64,000 bases of DNA from the human T2T-CHM13v2.0 reference genome, Homo sapiens, in assembly GCF_009914755.1 (NCBI RefSeq), contig NC_060936.1. One strand, 5' to 3'. How positions within the stretch are numbered: the stretch's first letter is position 1; the number at the start of each line of letters is the position of its first letter. Of the stretch, positions 29,031 to 43,707 are shown one piece after another. A model generated the notes under the pieces. The model was not told the DNA's origin. It made no database searches and saw nothing but the letters and a program-made list of their open reading frames with translations. A program made the position numbers and the translations under genes.

Positions 29031-29329
29031 CATAATTATTTGGGGTATAGAGATACACGAGACATGTTTCTTGCCTTTGAGAATTTTCATTTTGGGAACA
29101 ATCTCATTGAGAATTATAATCATTGAAGGCAGAAGTCATGCATGTTCTATATTTGATCCTCCACTACCAGCACAGTGTGTGGAACCTAATATATAGTAAG
29201 AAAATATTTCAGGTAGGAATAAAATAATTAGCAGAATTCATCTTGAGGAGAGTGTTAAGTACCTGCAAAGGGCATTTAAATTGTGAAGGGTCTCTGTGTG
29301 GGGGTAGATGAACATAACTTAATTTAAAA

Positions 29330-29635
<306 letters not shown>

Positions 29636-29798
29636 TAAAAATATTATTTATTTAAAGTAAATATGATTAATATCAAATGTGTTTTGATGACCTTGTTTTT
29701 TAAAGCATCTTTAGGATACTTTGACTTTTAAGTTCTAGTTTTTACTTGAAAGATAAGTCAAGGAATCCAAAATTTTGTTATGAGATTATAAGAGATCA

Positions 29799-30155
<357 letters not shown>

Positions 30156-31186
30156 GTAATTAAAGAACAACTTAAAAATTATGAATCAGGGTTTTGGATC
30201 TTGTCATTCTCTGCCTTTAAAAATGATGACTCTTTTCCCTTATGGAAGAAAATCAGATGTCTTTGCTTTGTATTCAAGTTCTGCCTCAACCTAATACCAT
30301 CATTCAACACCAAACTCAAAAGCTGCCTGTCTTTTAAAGTCTTCCTAGATTCTCCCAGAGAATTAATTTTCTCTCCTCTCCTTGGCACAGCTACTTACAC
30401 TGATAAAGATAATAACAAGAAAAGAAACGGTCATATGGTAGCCAACAGCTTTAGGAAACAATAATAATGGTGAACCAGAATAACCTTCACACTGAACCAT
30501 ACACCTCTGATTACCTAAAAACACAGGATGATACAGAAACATCTGAATGACGTGAAAGGAGAAAATTGTAGAAATGACACTTGGATAGGATCATTGAAAA
30601 AAAGAAATGACAGGAAGGAGCTCTGCCATGTCATTTCCCCCTGTAGATCTTGGGAGTTCATGTTTTGAACAAGAGTGGTTTCTATGATAACCAATGAAAC
30701 ACTCACTAACTATTGAGCCCCTGCTATGCGACAAGTTCTGTTAGATTTTAAAATCACCGAAAGGTTTGGCCGCAAAGAAAATGCTACTTAGGTTCCATCA
30801 AAGACAATATGTGAATAGGATTTACGGACACCAACTCTGTGATCAGAATCTCTTCTCATATTAAGGACTGCTAAACTAAATACAGCTGCATTTGGCTAGC
30901 ACCACTATGGACTTAGGCAAAGTTTCATTGATACCTAAGAAGACAAAGAGAGAAAATGTGAGAAAGAACTCCTGAACAATTTTTAAATGACACCTAATAT
31001 CAAAACATTCTTTTAATTTTTACCATAAGTCTCTTTTCCAGTCAAAACACTACAAAAGTTATTAAAATATTTAAATTGCCTGATTTTGGCATTGGCTTTT
31101 CCCCCATTTTTTGGGTGTGTTTCCACTTAGTGCCTTCACTATTAGTTACATAAAATGAGAATAATATCTGCCAAATTTCATTATGG

Positions 31187-31671
31187 TATAGGGGAGGAAA
31201 AGACTTCTTTTTCTCACCCTTCACTAGGTTCATACCTGATGCCCCTATAACAAGAGACAGATTAACAAGAGAAAAGCAGACACATTTATTTAATATGTCT
31301 TATGTGACACAAGAGCCTTCAGAAATGAAGACCCAAAGAAACAGGTAAACTTGGATCCGTTTATACTGAGTTTGATGAAGTGGATAGGCATTGAGAAGTA
31401 TGAATGGATTTTTTAAAAGTATAATTTAACAGTAATTAACTCTGGGTAACTTAGAAAACCTTATTTGTTCAGATTCTTTCCTGTGTCCTTGTGTCTTCTG
31501 AGATAAGGATGTTCTTTTCCTCCATAGGAAGGGCACCTCTGAGTTAGGGTCTTACGACCTTGCCTTAGGGAAGAGGTGTGAAGGGAAAGTAAGAGTGATC
31601 TTATTACTTCTGCTACTTTCCCAAATGCCAAGGGTGCCATATACTGGGGTACTATGTCCTGAACCTCATCA
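31187..31671 (-). mobile_element. MER34-family ERV1 solo LTR
   Basis: Minus strand starts TGATGAGGTTCAGGACATAGTACCCC...GGCACCCTTGGCATTTG; poly(A) signal seen as tttatt near 31285. Confidence 0.65.
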
Positions 31672-34600
31672 CTAGCGTTGTAGTGGGAACCAAACAAATA
31701 TGCAAATGAGATAAATATGCATATGAGAGAAATTTTCAAAACACAGGAAAATTACACTCATTTATACTGTAATTTATTATTCAAACATACTAATGACCCC
31801 AAAAAGGAGCAATAGAATGAAGCAAGAGATATAAGTAATTGAGAAATTATTCAATTATGTCTCACTTTGTTTGGAAATAACCTTATAAAGAAACTGAAAT
31901 ATAACATTGTCCAGCGAACTTATGGATTAGAAAAATGAGCTTCATCCTGGCTCAAAATTATGAATCAGGCTATTTAAATATTCATTCAATTATTTGGAGG
32001 GCAGGTGTGAAGCCTTTATTCTGTGGCTTCCCATAAAATATAGAAGCTGATATGGTAGGGCTTCTTATTTCATATGGGAGTTAATATGAAATTTAGATTA
32101 CTTCCAGAAAAATCATACCCTATGCATCTTTGAAGGAAATAATAGAGGCTTAAAATCATGAACTTTTTTGTTTGCCAATGGAAACTAACCTTGGGCTGAG
32201 GAAAACATTCGTTGTGTTTATACATCACCATAAAAGGCTACCAATTTTTTAAAAATCAGGTAAAAAAATTACTTAGCATTGTTTAAAACAAAAACAAACA
32301 CAATTAGTTTGACTAATCCTCTGTTTCATTTAACTTCATTTTCATTTCGCTTTGTTTCTTAATTCAGTCAACTCGTCCTGGTTACATAAGTTGAGTGAAC
32401 TTGTCCTAAAAGGAAAGAACTTTAGTGTGGTAGAAGGATGCGGCAGGAGGCTTCACTTCCACACAGTCTGTGATTCAACCCTGCAGGAAGCAGGAACTAC
32501 CTGGCTCTGTGAGTCTTGAAAAAGCAAGACTATTGCACTGTAACAAGAAATGAAAAGAAAGACAGGGAATTGCCTGAGAATGGTTTTCAATAAATTAATG
32601 AGGAAAAATACAAGGAAAGGAGGGCATATTGTAAAATTTGGAGAGAAGTCATGCTCTTTCTCCTCACATAACAATTGTTATGTTAATGATTGCGTTCAGT
32701 GCAGTTAGAAAACGATTGAATAATCTATCACAAGCTAAGAAATTGTTGATACCTCTTTCTATTAGGAGAGGTTTGTCTACTGCTGGTTTTTAACTTTTGT
32801 TTTTTAAGTTACATGTTAATAAATGTAGGAGGATTAGATAATATCTATAAATGTTTTGAATAGGAAAGGAAATGCATAAATAAAGCAAACAAACTTGTCT
32901 CTTAAGACTATTTTTTTTTTTTTTGGTACTTAACCTCATAGTCCTGATTTTAGAATAATAGTTACTTTTTATGTAATTTATCCTTCTTGGCTACAGTTGT
33001 GGTAATTCAGAAAAATTGAAATGAATTTTGAAGATGACGCCCACATCGATCTTGATGATTTAAGGAGGTTAGGAGGTTGGCTTACCCCTCCTTTCATGCA
33101 GGATTATCTCTAATGTTTTCCAGGGAACCCAAGTGCATCCATGCAGTGGCTCCCTAAATCTTTTTCTCTACAAAATAACCAGCCAGAATTCTTGGGATGG
33201 GCGATGAGAGAGGCAGAGACATTAGGATTCTCCAATACACTAATTGATTTAGCAGCAGTTTAAAACAATGTTGAGCATTGTCAGAGATGCTCCTTTGAGC
33301 TATTAAATCAAGTTTGCCAAGATGGATTGCATGCTAACCACATACTATCTAAAAATCTCCAGGGCTGTTTATTGTTCTGCAATTTATGATCGCCTTGTTA
33401 GAGGGTTGCACATCAGCTTCCCTAGAGCCTAGGAAGAAACAGAGACAAATAGCATGCAAACTATATTGAACAATTCATTATATTATACTGTAGAAACGTA
33501 AGCACAGTGTGGAGATAACCCTTTTATGCACACTGCCTTACTGAACAGTAATCACTCTGCAATGCTTTAGATATTTAAATCATATTTATAATAACACATA
33601 TTAATGTAACATCCCTCATAAAATTCTCAAGGCATTTTATGGGATATATAAACCATAGAAAAATACAAAATTTTAAAATGCAGATATACCTACCCTGGGG
33701 TCTTTGAGGCAACCTAATGAGGAATATATACAAAATCCCAGGCTGACAGTTTAACTATTTAAATAGCATATAGAATAACTCAAACACATTTTAAGATATT
33801 GCTGGTTACGAACTCATTCTTTATCTAAATATTTGGCCAGGTTGTGTAAATGCTTATTTTCAGTTTTACTGTTATGGGTAGAAAGGAAAAGCGATTAAAA
33901 ATGTTTAGAACATTTTCAATCAAAGCTTTCAAATTCACATGCCTGAAAATCAATCACTGATTTGGGTTTATGTATTCTGTAAAATTACATTATTAGAGCC
34001 ATGGGGTTAATTTTAAGGCAAATGAAGGCATTTATCTTCGCATGGCTTGCCTAGATTTAGTATAGTGCTATGCATTTATGTGTCTGATAGTTTGATAATT
34101 AGTTGTTGACTAATTAATCTGTTTATCTTCAAGGAAATGAAGAGTCTCTGTGTTTAATGGGGACATTCTGTCCCTTTCACAGTATGTGAGGTAGATCATA
34201 GGAGGTCTAAACTGACCTAGTTCCTTCACTTAATTTTTCTTTCGGTTTTTTAATGTGGTGGCATATGTATGCAGCATTGCTAGAACGACTGCTCCCCAGT
34301 CCTGAATGTTCCCACAGCAAGGACATCACCATTTGGTGGTCAGTTTGCAATTGATGTAACTATATACCTGGTAGTATTTAAAGCATTGGCGTCATTTTTT
34401 AGCATTTTCTTATTTGTAACATTCGAGGCAGAAATAATATGAGTTAAAGCATATACTACTTTTGTTTATAGTGACCCTGCTTTCATATGAATAAGACATA
34501 TAATTCATTTTCTAAAACTTATCATGTTCAAAATCATGGAGGAAAGAAAATAAGAAGAGAACATCCTGAAAACAAGCCAGTCATACCATTAGTAGTTTTG

Positions 34601-35334
34601 CTACCAGTTGTAGCCTTTCACTTCCCTTTACTGCACTTGGCTTGGTTCTATTGTATACATCCTTTATTCAGAGGCTAGGGACATATCAAGTGTTGTGAGA
34701 AAGCAACAGAATAAATGCAGAATAACCCAAGTTGGTCAGGAGTTGTTCAGGGTCAGAAACCTTTCTCGACAACATCATCTGCAAGACATTATACAACTTA
34801 GAATGTTTCAAATGAAGGACACATTACAGTGTGAATAAATGGTTTCCTTTTGGTTGGGAAGGAATGGAACCCAGAAGGAATCTGTTATTGGCATTGACAT
34901 TCAATTGTTTAGATACAATGGAAGTTTTTGCAGTGGTATCCTTGCAGGCTGTCTGGTTCTGTGTTCTTAATTTTTTAGAAAGCTGTTAAATCCAGAAGTC
35001 TGTTAACTAGCATTGCCATAATCTGTTTAAGTTGCCGTGCAAACCTCCTTTTATGAAATTAGGGCTTTCTGGAAAAACAGCTAAGTTCAGGTCTAACTGT
35101 AAAAGAGAAACTCTTTAGAATAGACGGGTAGCTCTGCTGTTTTAACTGGCACTCTCTAGACCACTTATCTTCAATTTCCTTAAGTTTGGAACTCAAGTCT
35201 TTGGCGTCAAAACATGAAATGACAGGAAAGATTTAAAATACTTCCAGAGGTCCTGAAACTTTAATAAACTCAATTTATTCTGGCTGAACATTTTTACATA
35301 ATTCCTAGAAATGACTACCTATTGCATTTACTGT

Positions 35335-35430
35335 GATCCATTCAGCAATTATTTATTGAGGACCTATTAGATGTGGAGTTCTGTGCTAGTGCTGGGAATT
35401 CAACTGTGAACACAGAATCCTTGACTGAAT
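35335..35430 (-). mobile_element. L2 3' end
   Basis: cattcagcaattatttattgaggacctat...ctgtgctagtgctggga. Confidence 0.7.
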
Positions 35431-35878
35431 AGGTTTCCCAGCCTAAGCACTTTACATTTTCAGATGATTAGACAATTGGCGGACTGGGGAGAAGAACAAA
35501 GATATAGATATAGATGTCCAAAGAAGTTATGCCTGTTTGCTTCAATGAAATAGACAGATATGGGCTGACATGTGCTCTTTTATTTTAAGCCATTAGTCAA
35601 ACTTCCTCATGCATTGTAATTGAGAACACCTCCAACAATGTTACCTGAATTAGAAGGAGTGACAGTTCATCGAGCACTCTTCCTAGTGCACATGCTAAGG
35701 GTGCTTGATGGGTTGAGTTCCATGCAAATCTCCCTGATAAACTCTGATTATCAGGGAAAACTCCCTGATAAAGCTCTGTCTTCTTCCCATTGCCAGTGTT
35801 ATACTGATTCCTTTTAAAGTTGCCTCCAACAACTAATACAGACACTATTTTCCTTCCAAAATAAATCAGAGAGACTTC

Positions 35879-36178
<300 letters not shown>

Positions 36179-36664
36179 AGACTTCTGATAATAGGTTTTT
36201 ATCTAGTATCCTGTTTGTGAACAGCACTCCAGAGAAGCTACCCATGATAAGGTGTTCATATAAATGGTTGCAACAGACTAATTCCAAATCTGTCTCCACA
36301 CCATAAGTTTTACTAAAAGCCCTTATTTGTGTCTTTGGATCAATCCAGAGTCAGCCTCCTTTATCACAGAATAGCTTTTAAAATGTTTTAACCCAACCGT
36401 AATATTTTTTCTAATCTCATCACAAGACCAAATGCATCCAGTTTCAACTACATCATTTGATGTCGTTCAGGGATTTCCCAACATTATGGTAATCCCTTTC
36501 TCTCTGACCCAATTTAGGTACTTCCTCATTTCTCTACTCTGGAGGGGTAATATTGTTGAAACTTCTGAAGTCAAAAACCTTCCATGGTGCTTTAGATTTT
36601 GTCCAGTAATCTAGAATCTTTCCATAAGTTTCCCATAATGATTTCACCAATAATGACAAATGTG

Positions 36665-36900
36665 TGTAGCAGCAGTTATAGATGTGGGTCTGGAATTAGA
36701 CTTTCTGGATTCATATCTGAGCTCTGCCAATGACTAGCTCTGTAACCTTGAACCAGTTGATTAACTTCTTATGGCTTTGTTTCTTAATGCATAAAATGAA
36801 GATGATAAGTACGGTGCCAAGTTCACATGGTTGTTGAGAGAGAGCACAATAAATGAAATACATAAACATCAGAATGGAAATTGAAATACAGTAAGAATAG
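36665..36900 (+). mobile_element. MIR
   Basis: gctctgccaatgactagctctgtaaccttgaacc...ataaaatgaagatgataa. Confidence 0.75.
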
Positions 36901-38428
36901 GAAGAGCTGTGAGCTATTTTATTAATGTCAAGAATATTTCCAGAAATGGCAAATAATCTGATACTTAAATCAGATAATCAAGTTTCTTTTTTGGCTCTGA
37001 TTTTTTAAAATTAGAATATCTGGTTTTTTAGACATAATGTCTAAAATGATATAGGTCGTATGTGAAATCAACTTGTGATTTACCTTAATATTTGAAAGCT
37101 CCATTGAACTTTGAACATGATAGCTCATTCCAAATGTGACAGCATCATTGTTTAAAATGTCATTGTCCCAAATGTGTACAGGTCTGATTCATATGTCTTA
37201 AGTATATATGGTTCTTTTAACAAGACTAGAAGAGATTTAGAAACACAATTTCATTTTCTTCCAAAATAGTCCTTGAGTTTAAATGAAGAAGATGGCAGTA
37301 GTCCATATTTACTAGGTGGAGAAACTGAGGAATTGAAGATTTAAGTGAGTTATGACCACTCTGCTACTTAAACATATAATGGATATTATAAAAAATGTTT
37401 CCTGTTTCCTGTGGAATTTGAGTTCTGTTGCTCCTAAGACTATTTTGAACAAGAAATCATATATATCCCATAAATCCTGAAAGATTAGCTTATAGAGGAA
37501 GTGAGCAAAACATCAGGTAAAGAAATAAAGTAATTGGCATTGGTTAAAGCTGAAAGGAAATGGGACACAGTCTGCCAAAAAAAAAAACAAAAAGCAAATG
37601 ACATAAAAAATAGTTAAACAAGGGGTATTAAAATACCATCAGTAACGGCGAGCACAAAGTGAAAACTGAGTGTGAAATTTGTGTGACTTTGAAGTGGCCA
37701 AGATATTAAACTAATTTTTTTAAAAAAAAAATCTCTTTAGCATAAAAAAAGAAATTAGGCTGCCAAGTCATGAAATCTTGCAAAAATATATTTCAACTGA
37801 AAGCCTGTTTGCGAAGTACATTTTCACTTAAACATAGATCAGTATGTCCAGATGACAGGGATCTATGGGTATTAGTGTAAATGGCAAGTGAATTTTCTAA
37901 GCTTCTTACAATTATGTTAGAAGTCTCATGCAGTCACAGAATATGCTAAGAAATGTCTTGGCTGCTTTTCTCTTCCCAATCTCTCATATTAAGTATTTAG
38001 GTGGAGGTACCTATTTGGAGTCATCTAGTGACTGAATAAGAAATTTAGCAGGTTAAGTAACCCAGAGAGCTCACTGTTCCTGATATTTAGAAAGCTTCAA
38101 CACTGCAATTTTGTTTATATATGAAATGACTTCTATTAGTAGATTAAGTCTTTGCTCATTTTAATACCCAAGCTGAATCTTCTTTTAATTAATACACACT
38201 TTCAATTCAATCAAAAGACCCAATTATTTTGTATGTGAACATATATAACACATGTGCATTAAATCAGGTTTTGCTTAATTTTGAGGTTCTTGGGGAACCA
38301 AATTATCCTGGGTTGAGTTTGCAAATTCAGGATAGAAGAATCAGAAAACTTGGTTTACAACTTTGTTATGTTATTTTGAATGAGTCACTTCATTTCTCTT
38401 AGTCTTTGTTTCCTCATCTTTAAAGAGC

Positions 38429-38750
38429 TGTATCAGTCAAGATGGGGTAGACTATGTTGCAGTAACAAATAATTACTAAAACATAATGATTCTTCATGGT
38501 AGTCACTCAAGGAGCCAGAATTATGGATGGTATATTCCCATGCTTTCATGATTGCTGCAGCAGCAGAAAAGTTGCTCTGGTGATTAAATGTTCCTGTCTG
38601 GAAGTGATATATGTCCTTTTACTCAGATTTCATTAGTTAAAGCAAGTCACATGGCTGTATCTAACGTCAAAGGGGTGGGGAAACACAAACCTACCATATG
38701 CCTGAAAGGAGAAAAGCTAGATTATTTATACTTAGTCCTATTCACTACCT
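38429..38750 (-). mobile_element. MLT1K/L-type MaLR LTR
   Basis: tgtatcagtcaagatgggg...gcagtaacaaa; ctggaagtga...aagcaagtcacatggc. Confidence 0.7.
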
Positions 38751-39659
38751 AATAATTAGCTCTCTAGAATAAATGAAATTACTTATTTGAAAATGCTTGA
38801 AATATGCTTAATCAATGACTGCATTTTGTTTGTATTTTTAAAGAAAAGGGAAACTGAATATCCGAAGAATTGTAATATACGAAATAGAATGACTGAACAT
38901 GTTTAATCACATTTTAAGTTCAGATTTTATTATAATTTATCACCATTCTTAGGCACAAAAGTTAAGGTATACTTGAGGTTCTCTAAAAACATAAACTGGA
39001 GCTCTATTTTTTAAATTAAAATACATCTTTTATTTTTAAAAATGAAAAAATAAGAACATTAATGTTAAATGAGGTAAAAATTTTGAAGAAAAATTCAAAT
39101 TTACTTGTATATGTGGACTTACTTTTTTACTTCCTCATGGTTTACATTTATCTGTGAAGTAAATTAGAGAACAGAGGTAATTCAAGCAAAATTTACTTCT
39201 GCTTCATCTTCTTGCAGACAAAATTACTAGGATAAATTACAGCAAAAATTAGTCAGAAGGCTGTGTTTAAAAAGAAAATGAGTTGCTTTCCTTAGTTTGA
39301 AAGTCATCAAATCCCTCCTATTTCTGTCTCTTTAGTTTCCAGTGCAATGAAAGCTTCAAGCATGTAGAGAGAAAAACAACAGGACATCTCACCCAAAGAG
39401 ATCAACCTCCGCAGTGGGCAAAGGTTGCCAAAATAGGCAACCTTCTACCTGGATCAATTTCCACAGTAGGCGATGGAGCCAAAGAAGCCATGGAGAAGTT
39501 AGTTTCCACCCAGTTATTCCTCTCCTGGCTCCATCCTTGCTTGAAAATTTCTTAATGAAAATAAGTCCTAGCTGAGCATAGAGAAAGCATGTCAAAGCAA
39601 ATTCTGTCTATATTAAACCTATACACATTGCTAGCAAGATTCCACTATTTAGTGGGAAG

Positions 39660-39810
39660 CATACCTCTGTCACTTACAGATGTGTGACTTGAGCAAACTA
39701 CTAAATCTCCATTTTCCTTTCTGTAAAATGGGTAAAACGTTACTTATCTACACACCTTGCAGGATTTAGGAGAGAAACAAAGGAGACGAAGTTTGTAAAA
39801 GTAATCTGCA
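39660..39810 (+). mobile_element. MIR
   Basis: ctctgtcacttacagatgtgtgacttgagcaa...ctgtaaaatggg. Confidence 0.7.
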
Positions 39811-41744
39811 ATGATGAAAATCAAACAAAAAATAAAATAAGATCATGTTTCTCTATCAGTATGCCCTCTATGCTTGTTTATTTTTCTTTCTATACATGAG
39901 ATGACATTGCCTAGTTCAGCACAATCTTTGTATGTGGCACAATATCCAGGGTAATTGATAGCTGGATATTTCTTCCCATTCAAGAAAACCCAGCATAATT
40001 CAAGTGAATACAAGTGGTATTATTAAAGAATAAACTGGATTTCTGTAAATTCATTTTTTAAAGTACATAATTTGCAAATGTGAGTACTTGGGTTTAGTGA
40101 AAACCCTTTGTGGCTTATCTCACAACAGATCTAGAGTCTGTGGTAAAAAGCCACTTTTTATTCACTTAGAGAAAGATGGCTTTCTTACAAATCAGGGTCA
40201 TGCACACTCTCTGTTTTGGCATGAAGAGGTGTGTAACATCCGTCATTGACTCAGACGGTGAACAACAGCAGAGGCCACAGTGGTAATAGTGAAGGCAGCA
40301 TCCCAACACAGGAAGCTAACACCGACTCCTAAGATAGTCAGTGTTTGCCCAAGCATAAGAATCTGGCAGGTCTCCTTACAGGTTGAATAAATGATAGTGT
40401 GTTAGAGAAAGCAAGAATGGATAACAGACTTGTGTATGTCAGATTGTAGGTACCGTTGGAGCTCTCACAAAGGGCATCAGTCATGAGGGGGGACAAATTA
40501 CAGAGAAATTCACCCATGACTTTCCACATCATTTCCCCAACACTTCTTCACCTCTCGTCAAATCCAAAGAAAATGACTATTTTAGATCCTAACCTGAATG
40601 GAGTGTCTCCCCTTGCATCTTGTTGTTGTACCTTTTTCCTGTCTAGTCATAGTATGCACCAAAAACAACATGTGAGGAAAACTTTTACTTAGGATATACC
40701 CCGTGGCTCGAGCACATGGTTCATTATAGAGCTGCTAACAGTCAGAGGTTGGCAGTCTTACTTAATGGAATAACAGATAGAGAGCAAGAATAATAGCTCC
40801 CTTGTCTCTCAGTCTATTAATAGTGGAACCATTAATATTGCAAAATGACTGGTAATAAGAATATTTTAGGGGGGAAAAAGCCTTTGCAATAAATGAGCTT
40901 TTATAGCTAAAAGGCTTGTTAGAACACAAGTCTAATGCTTAAGAAAACAGAGCACCAGTTTACTGAATACACATATATTTATTATTTGTTATTATTGTTT
41001 GTTTACTATGTCATTCTTCCTTCCTAAAAAATATGTTTAGTCATTTCCCCCTTAGCGCCAATGTCCAAAAAATACATGGCAACTCATGACCTAGGAATAT
41101 ATTTATATAACATCAACGTTTTCCATGGCAACAAGCCTCGTCAAGCTGTCAGATGCCATGAGACCGACTCCTGAACAGTTCCCAAACAAATATAATTCTA
41201 ATATAGAAATGAATAAGATCCCTGCCGCTTTACCGTAATATCTAATGCTGAAACCCCAAACATATAGGACTGTATATTGAAAAAAATAAAACTAAAAAGA
41301 GAAAAATGATTTACCTCCAAGACGCATGCCACATAAACATTGCCTCCTTAGGAGATGACATGTTGTCATTATCTGAACTCCACTTACTTGAACAGTAGTT
41401 TATTTTCAGAAGATTTTGACTATTGTCTTGAAATTCTGGTGATTTTTCTCAAGCAACCATGTTTCTTGACCAGTTAAAATTCAGTAAAAGTTTTAGACAC
41501 TCAGCGGTGAAAGTAACATTGGTGTCATTGATATTTCCCTTATGAAAATTGTAAAGACTTAAAATTAAGATAATAATGGCAAAACTTTGCATTTTCCATC
41601 TCAACTCTCCTATACTTACTCATGGGCCAGAAAGCCACAGAGTAAAACAGACGTTTGATATAGAATTGCAGTCTAGTTCATTGGCCAAAAAATAGATGGC
41701 CAAAAAAATAGAAATGGGTAGATAATATATAGGTGAAATGGATA

Positions 41745-41792
41745 TGGATGGATGGATGGATGGATGGACAGATGGATGGATGGATAGATGGC
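41745..41792. repeat. (GGAT)n microsatellite
   Basis: Imperfect GGAT run. Confidence 0.9.
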
Positions 41793-41948
41793 TAGATCTG
41801 TCTCATGGCTAAATGACAGCAGTCATTAAATCCAGGATATACAGTACATTTTAGTCAATAAGTTAATTATTATGCAAATTGTGCAGTTGAGAAAACTGAG
41901 GTCAAATAAGCCCAGTTATTCATTCTGCATTAAGTTTTTATTAAAGAA

Positions 41949-42103
41949 TAAGAAAATGATGTGGCACATATACACCATGGAATACTATGACGAGTTAATG
42001 GGTGCAGCACACCAACATGGCACACGTATACATATGTAAGAAACCTGCACATTGTGCACATGTACCCTAGAACTTAAAGTATAATAAAATATATATATAT
42101 ATA
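41949..42103 (+). mobile_element. Short L1PA4/5-like insertion with internal deletion
   Basis: ORF2-end piece joined to distal 3' UTR; (TA)n tail; TSD taaagaataa at 41942 and 42104. Confidence 0.9.
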
Positions 42104-42190
42104 TAAAGAATAAACAGTATGAGTTCCTTGCCCTAGATGACCTATGTTCTAGAGCTCAGAAGACATGGATTTTTGTCCTGATTCCTCCAC

Positions 42191-42610
42191 TGTTTTGATT
42201 AACTAGTGCTATGTAACAAATTACCCTTAATCTTAAGGGCTTTAAAAAATTAAATTTCTTATGATTCTGTGGGTTGGCAACACTTAGCTGAGCCCAGTCT
42301 GGAGGGTGATAACCTACGTGCTGCATTTATCAGGGGGGTCACCTGGGGTTGGGACACTGGGTCAGCTGGATGCTGTCTCTCTCTGTGATGTGTCATAACA
42401 ACTCCCTCTCTTTGTGGCATCTTCATTTGATCTCTTTTACAGCGTAGCCAGACTTCTAAATGGGGTTAAGGGATTCCAAGAGCACAAAAGCAGAAGTTTC
42501 CAGGTCATCTTAAAGCTTAGGCCTGGAAGTAGCACAGTGTCACTTTTGCCAAATACTATTCATTACTGTGAGTTGCAGATTCAAGGAGAAGAGACCACAC
42601 TACTTTATCA
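42191..42610 (-). mobile_element. MLT1H/G-type MaLR LTR
   Basis: gctatgtaacaaattaccc...atgattctgtgggttgg...ctggaagtagcacagtgtcactt. Confidence 0.7.
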
Positions 42611-42769
42611 CAAATAGTGTAACCTAAATAATTGTTTCCTCAAGTGTCAAACTAAGACATTGGACTATGTTAAAGTCCACCTTTAATAGTTCAAAGTTCC
42701 CTGAGCTGTTCAATACATTATTTCATGAAAATGATCTCCAAAACCCATAAAGTCTTAAGCTTATTTTCA

Positions 42770-42978
42770 AATCCACATTGAACATCTTTGATGTCTGATG
42801 GAATTGGCAGGCATCTCAAATGAGCACATTTTTAACTGCGATCTTACTTTTATATCTGCTCTTACCCCCATAGTCCCTATTTCAATTGATGGCACCTCAC
42901 ACTCCTAGTCATCCTTGTCTGGAAACTGGAAATCATTCTTGACTCCTCTTCCCAAAAACATCCACTAATCAGTAAGTA
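42770..42978 (+). mobile_element. L2 fragment
   Basis: caggcatctcaaa...aatcattcttgactcctc. Confidence 0.65.
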
Positions 42979-42979
42979 A

Positions 42980-43085
42980 TAACCATACAACGAAGAAGGT
43001 ACTATGATTATCCCCACTTTTTAAATGAAGAAAATAAGACACAGAGAGGTTATAAACTGCCTAATGTCACAGAACTAAGCAGAGA
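42980..43085 (-). mobile_element. MIR fragment
   Basis: ggtactatgattatccccactttttaaatgaagaaaataagacacagagagg. Confidence 0.75.
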
Positions 43086-43296
43086 AGCCTTGTTCTTAAT
43101 TATGATGTTGTTCTAGGAACAGTGACCTCAACAGCTCCCAAAAGGATGAGAAGATTTGAATTTCAACTTCATTATTGTAAAGACATGAATTTTTTTGGAA
43201 AGTATAATAGACACACTTAGACTGTGTAAGAGATAATTCATAAAATTTTTCAGTTAATAGTGTAGCTCTAGGAGCATGACTTTAGGAAAAGAATCA

Positions 43297-43707
<411 letters not shown>

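Noticed and set aside
41682-41712. Short tggcc-An-taga duplication (similar ones near 45817 and 63555)
   Set aside because: Routine slippage duplications
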